A stretch of DNA of 20,695 nucleotides from Promethearchaeota archaeon. Its GTDB lineage: Archaea; Asgardarchaeota; Lokiarchaeia; Sigyniarchaeales; SOKP01. Position numbers and translations under genes: made by a program. Below are positions 7,766 through 16,348 of the stretch, one piece after another; the stretch's first letter is position 1; the number at the start of each line of letters is the position of its first letter. The stretch is taken from contig JBHLNS010000051.1 in the NCBI GenBank assembly GCA_048941285.1, positions 1 to 20,695 of the forward strand, read 5' to 3'. The notes below the pieces were generated by a model. It did not search any database. It was not told where the DNA came from and saw only the letters and a list, made by a program, of their open reading frames with translations.

Positions 7766-8101
7766 ATCAAAAAAGTTCATGAAACAGATTTTGAATATCG
7801 TGGTGGTGAATCTGGTGTAAAATATCTTATGCGGGGCCCTTCGATAGATTGGGGTGTTATTTTGCTTAAACCTGGTGAATTGATGGGTGATAAAGCTCAT
7901 GGACATAAAATTCTTGATGAAACATTTTATTTCGTAGAAGGTGATGGTGTGATGATAATTGATGAAAAGGAATATGAAGCACCTCAAGGAAGCGTATTTT
8001 TATGTGAACCAAAAGAAATGCACAATATTAGAAATGATTCTAATACCCCAATTAAAGTTGTATTTATTAAAGGAGATTATAAACCTGAGGATAAAATCTA
8101 A
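7766..8101 (+). CDS. Cupin domain protein; true start probably upstream of the ORF-track ATG (7829), at ATC 7766
   Basis: Cupin motifs HGHKILDETFYFVEG and EPKEMHNIRN. The frame is open upstream as IKKVHETDFEYRGGESGVKYLMRGP. GGTGAT RBS at 7755-7760; in-frame TGA at 7757-59. Confidence 0.8.
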   Translation: MKKVHETDFEYRGGESGVKYLMRGPSIDWGVILLKPGELMGDKAHGHKILDETFYFVEGDGVMIIDEKEYEAPQGSVFLCEPKEMHNIRNDSNTPIKVVFIKGDYKPEDKI

Positions 8102-8136
8102 AATAAATTAATATATTAAAAAAAGAGTAATAAATT

Positions 8137-8502
8137 ATGGCTAAAAAAAAAGGAAAAAGGGGTGCTCAGGAAGAGCCAGTAGTAACTCGTGTAAAATTCC
8201 CTAGTAAAAAATTAGGAGAAATGTTTGGACGCGTAGTGGGAATCTTTGGAAATGATCGAATGGAAGTTTTCTGTGAAGATGGTAAACATAGGATTGGTAG
8301 AATACGGGGAAAAATCAAGAAAAGAGTTTGGATAAGAATTGCTGATCTAGTGATAGTGAACCCTTGGGATTGGGAGACCCAAACTGATGATAAGATGGGC
8401 AAGTGTGAGATTACCTGGAGGTACATGAAGCATGAGATTTCTTGGCTTGAAAGGAACAATAAAATTCCAGAGATTTTAAATATTAATAATATACCGCTCT
8501 AG
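8137..8502 (+). CDS. eif1a: Translation initiation factor aIF-1A (eIF1A homolog)
   Basis: GEMFGRVVGIFGNDRMEVFCEDGKHRIGRIRGKIKKRVWIRIADLVIVNPWDW, followed by ITWRY, with a basic N-terminal tail. Confidence 0.95.
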   Translation: MAKKKGKRGAQEEPVVTRVKFPSKKLGEMFGRVVGIFGNDRMEVFCEDGKHRIGRIRGKIKKRVWIRIADLVIVNPWDWETQTDDKMGKCEITWRYMKHEISWLERNNKIPEILNINNIPL

Positions 8503-8679
8503 TTATTATAACTCATCGAGCTATAGTTTATTATTATAAATAAAATTCTAATATCTATAACTATTTAAAGTCTTAATAAAAAGCAAAAATTTTTAATTTT
8601 GTATTCTTTTACTAGTATATACTTATTTTCCAAAATAATTTCTAAAAATACCCAAATTCAAATAGGAATCGTGAGAAAA

Positions 8680-9435
8680 ATGGTAAATCAAGAAAAAGAT
8701 TTAAAAAAAATTGATGATAAAAATTTAGGTTTGAAAACGGTGATTAGTAGAGAGGAATTAGAAGAAAAAGAAGATCTAACAACTCTATTTGCTGTAAGAA
8801 CAACTATAAATCAAGAGAGTAATATTTTAAAACAAATCTTTTATAGATTTAAGATTTTAGACGTAATTCCTGATATAAGAGCTATGCTTGTGTCCCCCTT
8901 ATTACCAGGATATATATTTTTCGAGGCTCCTCAGAAGAGGGATGTACAAATAGCTGTACAAGGAATACCTCATATTAAAGGAAGAATAGTACAAAACATT
9001 AAACTTACGGAACTAAAACATGTTTTATTACCACGAAGTGTTACAGAATATCTAGAAGAAGGTGATACTGTCGAAATCATAAGTGGAGTTTTTGAAGGCT
9101 CCAGAGCAATTGTCATGCGTATGCCGCACGACTCAAGTGCTAGCGAAGAGGTAGTTGTAAGGCTCTTACAAGAAGAAACTCCAATAACTATTAAAATTCA
9201 TGGTGATTATCTTAAATTGGTTGAAAAGAAGAAACCCGTAGAAGAACCGATTCCAGAAGTTACAGTTTCTGCTGAATTAATTACAGATTTAGAAAAAGCA
9301 ATAACATTTGAAGATGAATATGAAGAATTTGAAGAAGAAATTTCCGAAGGTGCTAAAACTGAAGCGTTTGAAGAATATGTCGATGATGAAGAAGAGGAGG
9401 AAGAAGATGAATGGGCAAAATTTGACGGTTTTTAA
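8680..9435 (+). CDS. spt5: Transcription elongation factor Spt5/NusG (NGN + KOW) with an acidic C-terminal extension
   Basis: NGN domain LFAVRTTINQE...LPGYIFFEA and KOW domain LEEGDTVEIISGVFEGSRAIV. ATG 8680 is preferred over the TTG at 8599 because the extra 27 codons look like AT-rich intergenic sequence. Confidence 0.85.
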   Translation: MVNQEKDLKKIDDKNLGLKTVISREELEEKEDLTTLFAVRTTINQESNILKQIFYRFKILDVIPDIRAMLVSPLLPGYIFFEAPQKRDVQIAVQGIPHIKGRIVQNIKLTELKHVLLPRSVTEYLEEGDTVEIISGVFEGSRAIVMRMPHDSSASEEVVVRLLQEETPITIKIHGDYLKLVEKKKPVEEPIPEVTVSAELITDLEKAITFEDEYEEFEEEISEGAKTEAFEEYVDDEEEEEEDEWAKFDGF

Positions 9436-9649
9436 ATTAAACCTTTATATCTCTAAATGAACTTTTAATAGAAATCTAAATATATACTTTTATTTTGAAA
9501 AATATCTTTTAAAAGAATTTAGTGGGATTTTACCGTATGTCCGTTGCTTTTGCCTAAAGAAATATATTAATAAAAGAATTTTTATAATTTGAGTCTTATT
9601 AAAGAAATTAAAGAATATATTTTACACTAAAAAATCATCTCTGAGTTAA

Positions 9650-10402
9650 ATGATAAAAAATATCTTCATAATGAAAGGGAACACTGGTGAATTAATCTTC
9701 TATAAAACTTATGAGGATATTTTTAATGTTAAGTTGACGAGTAGTTTCTTAAGTGCTATTTTCTCATTTGTAAAACAAACATTAAAAACCGAAGAATTAT
9801 CTGAAATCGAAGTTGGCCTTTTTAGATTCATTTTTGAAATTGAAAAAATAGGAAAAGATGAATTGTTATTTGCTCTTTTTAGCGACCGAACTGATAACCT
9901 TGTCGAACTAAGAAATCAACTGAGAGAAATTAAGAAACAATTTATTGATAAGTTTGATCTTACTTTACTTACTAAAAATTTCGATGGTGAAATTTCAAAG
10001 TATTTTGAGTTTGAGAGAAATATAAATGATATCATGGAAAATCATGCTCAACTAGTTTCAGATGAAATTAAGAAAGAATTATTAAATGTTTTCAATGAGT
10101 TACATACATTTTCTTCCTTTGTTGTGTCTTCAGCTCTTTTAACCCAAACGGGAAGAGTGATTGTGTCTTCACTAGAACCAAATATTCTTTCTGAAATAAT
10201 TAGATTACTAGAAGGTAGATTTATTTCTGGAAATTATAGAGTAAATGAACTTATATCTTTAGAAAAATTCGGTGTACTTTCTCTAACTGGAATTGATCAA
10301 CATTTCATTTCAGTAATACAATTTAAAAGTAATTGCCCATTCGAGACAGGATTAATCATCTCAAAAAGGTTTTCAAATAGAATACAGAAACTAATTTGTT
10401 GA
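9650..10402 (+). CDS. Longin-like N-terminal domain plus a roadblock-like C-terminal domain (Asgard eukaryotic-signature-type protein)
   Basis: The N-terminus IKNIFIM..TGELIFYKTY..LTSSFLSAIFSFVK..LSEIEVG..LLFALFSD follows the longin pattern. The C-terminal VVSSALLTQTGRVIVSSL resembles a roadblock/MglB beta hairpin. Based on pattern recognition only. Confidence 0.65.
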   Translation: MIKNIFIMKGNTGELIFYKTYEDIFNVKLTSSFLSAIFSFVKQTLKTEELSEIEVGLFRFIFEIEKIGKDELLFALFSDRTDNLVELRNQLREIKKQFIDKFDLTLLTKNFDGEISKYFEFERNINDIMENHAQLVSDEIKKELLNVFNELHTFSSFVVSSALLTQTGRVIVSSLEPNILSEIIRLLEGRFISGNYRVNELISLEKFGVLSLTGIDQHFISVIQFKSNCPFETGLIISKRFSNRIQKLIC

Positions 10403-10578
10403 ATTTTATTAAGAAATTGATCATTATTTACATTTTCGAAAAAACATTTTTGAAAAAAAATTATGATATTTAGAATATCGTAGTATTGTTTTACAAAAAT
10501 TAAAAAGTTAATTCACTTTTTCATTAGTATAATTAATTAATCTAAAAATTTAAAGATTAAAAAAGTGGGGTAAAATAA

Positions 10579-11862
10579 ATGCCAAAATTTATGGATCAAG
10601 CTATTAATGATGAAATCCTCGAGAAATTGAGTCTTAAGAATCGATATAATTTCATAAATAATAACTTAATGGCAATATTATCACCAGATCAATTTAATTT
10701 CTTAAAGAGCGTTCAAAAATTTTGCATGAGGTTCGAAAAGAAAAATGAGATTAGCCATGGCCCAGATGAGGATATATATGAGTGGATTCCCACATTTGGA
10801 GCAGAGGGATATGTTACAAGAGCACATAACTTTGAAATGATTGATGTTAACTATGATTACTATGGGGCTGTAGCAGATTTTCTGAGAACTCTGGCTATAG
10901 ATAGTTTTGATACACAATTCGGAATGGGTATTGGTGCTACAGTATTAGCCATTAACCCAGTCTTTGAACATCATGATAATGTAAAAGTAAGATTAGAAGC
11001 CCTAAAGGATATGGTGACTGGTGTTGCACCAGGGTGTATTTGTATAACTGAACCCGAAAGAGGTTCTGATGCGGTTCACCAGCTCACTACCTGCAATGAG
11101 CAAGAGGATGGTAGCTATCTTTTAAATGGTGAGAAAATTTACAATACAAACGCTCCAAAATCTAAATGGGCTGTTGTTTATGCAACTGCGGAACAAAATA
11201 ACGGTAACCTGATGGCGCAATTTTTAGTTAATACTAACTGGGATGGATGGAAATGTAATCGTATTTTTATTCCATATGTCCCAAAACTATATTTAGGGCA
11301 TGAATGGTTAGAAAATCTGAGAGTTCCTGAAGAATTCATTTTAGGCCCTGTAGGTAAGGGAAGAGAACACCTGTTTGAAGGCTTAGTTCCTGAAAGAATT
11401 GGTATCGCTTATGGTGCTATTTCCCAATGTTGGGGTGCAGTGTCTCATGCAGCAATCTATGCTAATATGAGAAAGCAATTTGATCAAGAGATCTTGAAAT
11501 TTCAAGGAGTAGGATTTTTATTAACAGATTTATGGGCAAAAACCACAAATTTAACTTTAGGCTTACTCAAGTTTTGTGAGGAGTATGATAAAAAAATGGA
11601 AAAATTCGAAGGTCATATTCCAGCAAATATTAGTAGAGCGATGGTAGCATCAGCAAGTCAATTCAAGTATCATTGTACAAATCTTTCTAAACAGATATGT
11701 TATGAGGCTGCTAACCTAATGGGAGGGGCTGGGTTGTCAGATAACACTTTAATGCAAGATTATGTAAATGTCTCCAGGATTCAAGAGATTGTGGGCGGTT
11801 CAAGACAAATACAGCAATATATAATGAGTATGGCTCTAAGACAACTTTTCAAAATGCTTTAA
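10579..11862 (+). CDS. Acyl-CoA dehydrogenase family protein (paralog 1)
   Basis: Motifs ITEPERGSDA, LNGEKIYNTNA, ERIGIA, RKQFDQEILKFQGV, MGGAG and EIVGGSRQIQ. Confidence 0.93.
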   Translation: MPKFMDQAINDEILEKLSLKNRYNFINNNLMAILSPDQFNFLKSVQKFCMRFEKKNEISHGPDEDIYEWIPTFGAEGYVTRAHNFEMIDVNYDYYGAVADFLRTLAIDSFDTQFGMGIGATVLAINPVFEHHDNVKVRLEALKDMVTGVAPGCICITEPERGSDAVHQLTTCNEQEDGSYLLNGEKIYNTNAPKSKWAVVYATAEQNNGNLMAQFLVNTNWDGWKCNRIFIPYVPKLYLGHEWLENLRVPEEFILGPVGKGREHLFEGLVPERIGIAYGAISQCWGAVSHAAIYANMRKQFDQEILKFQGVGFLLTDLWAKTTNLTLGLLKFCEEYDKKMEKFEGHIPANISRAMVASASQFKYHCTNLSKQICYEAANLMGGAGLSDNTLMQDYVNVSRIQEIVGGSRQIQQYIMSMALRQLFKML

Positions 11863-12060
11863 AATTAAACTCTTTATTTTTCTTTATTAATTATAATATC
11901 TGTTTGTTTCGATCAAAATTATTGATCCTAATTATACTAATCTATAAGGAATTCAAAGATCAATCCTTAACTTTATGGAAAAATCAAATAAATTGCCATT
12001 ATAAAGAAATTTTATGCGTAAATATAAAATTTGAAGAAAAGAAAAAATAATTTATTTATT

Positions 12061-13359
12061 TTATGAAATTGACATCTTGTACAAAGTTCTTAATGAGAGA
12101 GACATTATATATTGTTGAATCTGTCTTGATCCTCCTACAATCTCTTGAATCCTAGAGATATTTAGATAATCATGCATCATAGTATTATCACATAATCCAG
12201 CACCACCCATAACATTCGCAGCTTCATAGCAAACTTCCTTCGATAATGCGGTTGATTGGTATTTAAATTGAGAGGCACTCGCGACCATAGCTTGTGAAAT
12301 GTTTTTTGGTATATTTCCCTCAAACTTAATAAATTTCTCATCATAGGACTGACAAAATTTAAGTAAACCTATTGTCAAATTGGTTGTTTTTGCCCAGAGA
12401 TCTGCAAGTAAAAACCCAACTCCCTGAAATTTTAAAATTTCTTGATCGAACTGTTTTCTATTATTCGCATATATAACTGCATATGTTAAAGCACCCCAAC
12501 ACTCCGAAAGACTCATCATAGCAATTGCAATTCGTTCTGGAACTAAGCCTTCAAACAGGTGTTCTCTTCCCTTACCAACTGGGCCTAAAATATATTCTTT
12601 TGGAACTCTTAAATTTTTAAAATATTCCTTTCCAAGGAACAACTTAGGGACCCACGGTATATTAACTCTTTCTACTTCAAATCCATCCCAGTTAGTATTA
12701 ATTAAAAATTGCGCCATCAGGTTACCGTTATTTTGTTCTGCAGTGGCATATGCGACCACCCATTTTGATTTGGGTGCATTAGTGTTATATATTTTAGTCC
12801 CATTTAATATAAAACTACCATCCTCTTGCTCATTGCAGGTAGTGAGCTGGTGAACCGCATCTGAACCTCTCTCTGGCTCGGTAATGAGGATTGCGCCTGG
12901 AGATTTTCCGGTGACCAAATCCTTTAAGGCTTCTAATCGTTCAGGAACGTTTTCGTGATGTTCATATACAGGATTAACCGCGAGTACAGTTGCTCCACCA
13001 CCCATTCCAAATTGTGGGTCAAACATATCAATTGCTAATGTTCTCATAAAATCTGCTGCTAAACCCCAATCATCATAAACTAAATCAACTGCATCAAAGG
13101 AGTGTTGGCGTGTAATATACCCTTTTTCACCAAAATCTGGAATCCAATCATAAATATCTTCATCTGGGCCATGAATTATGTTATTTTTCTTCTCATAACG
13201 TAAACAAAAACGCTGAACTTCACGAAGAAAATTAAATTCTTTTTGTGTCAAAATTGCTGTTAGATTATTGTTCAGAAATGCATATCGATTTTTAAGATTG
13301 AATTTTTCCAGAATTTCGTCATTTATGGCCTGTGTTTTAAATCTTCTTTTTTCAGACAT
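12061..13359 (-). CDS. Acyl-CoA dehydrogenase family protein (paralog 2)
   Basis: Same ACAD motifs: TEPERGSDA, LNGTKIYNTNA, RKQF and MGGAG. Confidence 0.93.
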   Translation of the reverse strand: MSEKRRFKTQAINDEILEKFNLKNRYAFLNNNLTAILTQKEFNFLREVQRFCLRYEKKNNIIHGPDEDIYDWIPDFGEKGYITRQHSFDAVDLVYDDWGLAADFMRTLAIDMFDPQFGMGGGATVLAVNPVYEHHENVPERLEALKDLVTGKSPGAILITEPERGSDAVHQLTTCNEQEDGSFILNGTKIYNTNAPKSKWVVAYATAEQNNGNLMAQFLINTNWDGFEVERVNIPWVPKLFLGKEYFKNLRVPKEYILGPVGKGREHLFEGLVPERIAIAMMSLSECWGALTYAVIYANNRKQFDQEILKFQGVGFLLADLWAKTTNLTIGLLKFCQSYDEKFIKFEGNIPKNISQAMVASASQFKYQSTALSKEVCYEAANVMGGAGLCDNTMMHDYLNISRIQEIVGGSRQIQQYIMSLSLRTLYKMSIS

Positions 13360-13563
13360 AAACTTTTACTCTTTAACTTTTTTATTATATTTTAAACTAT
13401 TCTAATTTCTAAGTTGAATATACACTTTAAATATAACTTAATATTCCATAATAAAGTTTGTTCAAATTTTTTGAAACAAATTTAGTTCGAAGAAATTGCA
13501 TAAAAAAAAAATTAATATGAATTATTATACAGATTTAATAAAAAAAATAAGAAGTGTATAAAA

Positions 13564-14850
13564 TTGGAAAAACGTTTTGAAACTCAGGTTATTAATGATG
13601 AGATTTTAGAAAAACTAAATCTTTCTAACAGGTATAATTTTCTCAATGAAAATTTATCGCTTTTTCTAACTGAAAAACAATCTATGTTTCTTAAGGAAGT
13701 CCAAGATTTTTGCTTAAAGTTTGAAAGAGATAATCGAATAACACATGGACCAGGTGAAGATATTTATGAGTGGTATCCTACTTTCGGAGCTCAAGGCTAT
13801 ATTACTCGTCAACATGCATACGAATGTATTGATTTAAATTATAAAGAATTCGGAATGACTATGGATTTTATGAGAATATTAGCACTTGATATGTTTGATC
13901 CTCAATTTACGATGGGAAGTGGAGCAACTGTTATTTGTATCAATCCAATATATGAACATCATGAAAATATACCTGTTAGACTAGAAGCATTAAAGGAACT
14001 TGTAACTGGAAAAACAACAGGATGTTTATTAATTACTGAGCCTGAAAGAGGTTCTGACGCGGTTCACATGCTAACAACATGTGAAGAACAGGAAGATGGT
14101 AGTTTTATATTAAATGGGACTAAGATTTTTAATACTAATGCCCCCAGATCAAAATGGGCGGTTGCATATGCCACTGCAGAACAAAATAACGGTAACTTGA
14201 TGGCACAGTTTCTTATCAACACTTTATGGGAAGGTTGGAATTGTGAACGTGTAGGAATATCGTGGGTACCTAAATTATACCTTGGCAAAGAAAGATTAGA
14301 AAATTTGAGAGTTCCAAAAGAATATATATTAGGTGGAATCGGTAAAGGGAGAGAACACCTCTTTGAAGGGCTAGTTCCTGAGAGAATTTCGATTGCAGTG
14401 AGAGGTGTAAGTGAATGCTGGGGGGCATTAAGCCATGCTATTATTTATGCTAACATGAGAAAGCAATTTGATAAAGAGATTTTGTTATTTCAGGGGGTAG
14501 GATTTGCACTCACGGACTTATTAGCTAAAACCACTGCTCTTACTCATGGGATTTTAAAGTTCTGTGAGATTTACGATGCTAAAATGGAAAAGTACGGAGG
14601 AAGTTTACCCGAGAATATCTCGCGTTCCTTTGTTGCTTTAGGGAGTCAATATAAATATAATTGTGCGTTGCTTTCTAAAAAAGTTTGTTATGAAACAGCC
14701 AACCTCATGGGAGGAGCGGGTTTATGTGACAATACTTTGATGCAGGATTATCTAAATATATCACGAATTCAAGAAATCATTGGAGGGAGTAGACAGATAC
14801 AAAGTTTTATTATGTCAAGAAACTTGAGATATCAATTTAAAAATTTATAA
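13564..14850 (+). CDS. Acyl-CoA dehydrogenase family protein (paralog 3)
   Basis: Same ACAD motifs. The TTG start aligns with the N-terminus of paralog 2 (MEKRFETQVINDE vs MSEKRRFKTQAINDE). Confidence 0.93.
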   Translation: MEKRFETQVINDEILEKLNLSNRYNFLNENLSLFLTEKQSMFLKEVQDFCLKFERDNRITHGPGEDIYEWYPTFGAQGYITRQHAYECIDLNYKEFGMTMDFMRILALDMFDPQFTMGSGATVICINPIYEHHENIPVRLEALKELVTGKTTGCLLITEPERGSDAVHMLTTCEEQEDGSFILNGTKIFNTNAPRSKWAVAYATAEQNNGNLMAQFLINTLWEGWNCERVGISWVPKLYLGKERLENLRVPKEYILGGIGKGREHLFEGLVPERISIAVRGVSECWGALSHAIIYANMRKQFDKEILLFQGVGFALTDLLAKTTALTHGILKFCEIYDAKMEKYGGSLPENISRSFVALGSQYKYNCALLSKKVCYETANLMGGAGLCDNTLMQDYLNISRIQEIIGGSRQIQSFIMSRNLRYQFKNL

Positions 14851-14926
14851 TTAGATAATAAAAAATTAGGTTAAATGATAAGAATAAAACAAAATATAGG
14901 ATTTTTATATTTAATTTAAGAGAGTC

Positions 14927-15136
14927 TTAATCTTCGTCCTCGTCTCCCATCAATGATTCTATTTTTTCTTCAAGTTTTTCAATTTTTTCTTCAAGTTGTT
15001 CGATTTTTTTATTAGTTTCACATGTAGCGCATCCATCATCTTCGTCACACTGAGGGAGGGTGTCACACACTTCTTGAAGTTCATCCATTTCTTCTAATAA
15101 TTTATCGACTTGATCTTGCAATTCATCAATACTCAA
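14927..15136 (-). CDS. Small acidic coiled-coil protein with a central C-x5-C-x5-C-x2-C motif
   Basis: AGGTG RBS precedes the TTG start. Heptad-like helices flank CDTLPQCDEDDGCATC, and the ORF fills an otherwise empty gap. Confidence 0.75.
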   Translation of the reverse strand: MSIDELQDQVDKLLEEMDELQEVCDTLPQCDEDDGCATCETNKKIEQLEEKIEKLEEKIESLMGDEDED

Positions 15137-15257
15137 ATTTCACACCTTAATTTTTTAAGATAATAAGGATATGATTATTTAATTTTTTTTGGTTTAAAAA
15201 CTTAAATTAATTAGAGACTACTGTTTTAAATAATTTTCATACCTTATATAAAAAATA

Positions 15258-16253
15258 ATGCCAGAAGAAATGGATTTTAAGGATTTAATTACTAATCTCA
15301 CAGATAGAAGTACGTTAAATAGAGCGGAGTTTGTTTCAAATAATTGTATTAATATTTTAAAAACCGATAAAGATATTGGCTTAATTGAAGCAGAAATTCA
15401 AGGAAATACCATAATACCATATAAATTAATTATAGATCTCTCAAAAAAAAATTTATGTGATATTATTCAGCATGATTGTCCTGATTTTTTGGCGAGAAAA
15501 AGCCCAAATAATAAGTTTTGTAAACATATTGCAAAATTTTTTCTAATTTTAAAAGATCTGGATTCTCAGTTTGCTCTCAAGCTATTAACTGAATTTAATT
15601 CGAAAAAATATAGTTACGTTCAAGGTAATGAAATTGACTTATATGATATGAACCATTTTATCAATAAAGATCTTAAAAATCAATTAGATTTTGATTATAA
15701 GGGATTTGATTACTTTTTTGATATTTCTGAACTTGAAGAAGATGCGAGAGAATGTTTAAAAGAGATTTTAATGGAGGCTAAAAGATTGCCTGCTGCTTTG
15801 AGAGGATTTCACGGAGGTTATGAGGGAGGTTTATTTGATCATATTTTATTAGTGACAAATTATACGTTTATTTTAGGTAAATCTAAAGAATATAATGTTG
15901 ATATCAAAAAGGCAGTTTTAACTGCTATTTATCATGATTTTGGAAAAATTTCATATTATTCTTATAAACGTAAAAATATAACATCGAAAATCGCAGTGGA
16001 TCGTGAGGAATTAGATTTAATAAATGGAGATATTATAAGGAAATTTAACTATGAAGGGAGGGATTATCATGTTGAAGAGGCATTAGCAGTACTCAAGAAT
16101 AATAGTTCAGTTCTATTTTTTGATGATGAAATGTATAAAGCAATAATATTCCATCATGGCCAGTGGAGTAAATATTATCCAATAGAAATGAATGACTTAG
16201 CTTTTCTCATACATGCTGCGGACATGATAGCTAGTCAAACTCATTATATTTAA
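15258..16253 (+). CDS. SWIM-like zinc finger fused to an HD-domain phosphohydrolase (YhaM-like HD motifs)
   Basis: SWIM-like HDCPDF...FCKHI is preceded by AEIQGN..PY. The HD region has HGGYEGGLFDH, YHDFGK, H, HHG and IHAADM. Confidence 0.8.
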   Translation: MPEEMDFKDLITNLTDRSTLNRAEFVSNNCINILKTDKDIGLIEAEIQGNTIIPYKLIIDLSKKNLCDIIQHDCPDFLARKSPNNKFCKHIAKFFLILKDLDSQFALKLLTEFNSKKYSYVQGNEIDLYDMNHFINKDLKNQLDFDYKGFDYFFDISELEEDARECLKEILMEAKRLPAALRGFHGGYEGGLFDHILLVTNYTFILGKSKEYNVDIKKAVLTAIYHDFGKISYYSYKRKNITSKIAVDREELDLINGDIIRKFNYEGRDYHVEEALAVLKNNSSVLFFDDEMYKAIIFHHGQWSKYYPIEMNDLAFLIHAADMIASQTHYI

Positions 16254-16348
16254 ACTTGAGTTAGCAAGGTGGAATTAGATTTTATGAAGAAACTTATGTT
16301 ACTCTTGAATTTTTTTAATATTTCCTAGATCTTTAGTATTTCTTTTTC

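Noticed and set aside
7721-8459. 88-aa and 97-aa minus-strand ORFs
   Set aside because: Antisense to the cupin and aIF-1A genes.
8599-8679. TTG-initiated N-terminal extension of Spt5
   Set aside because: Low-complexity AT-rich sequence with no protein-like character; ATG 8680 is more plausible.
10702-14288. Short minus-strand ORFs 10702-10917 and 14064-14288
   Set aside because: Antisense shadows of the acyl-CoA dehydrogenase genes.
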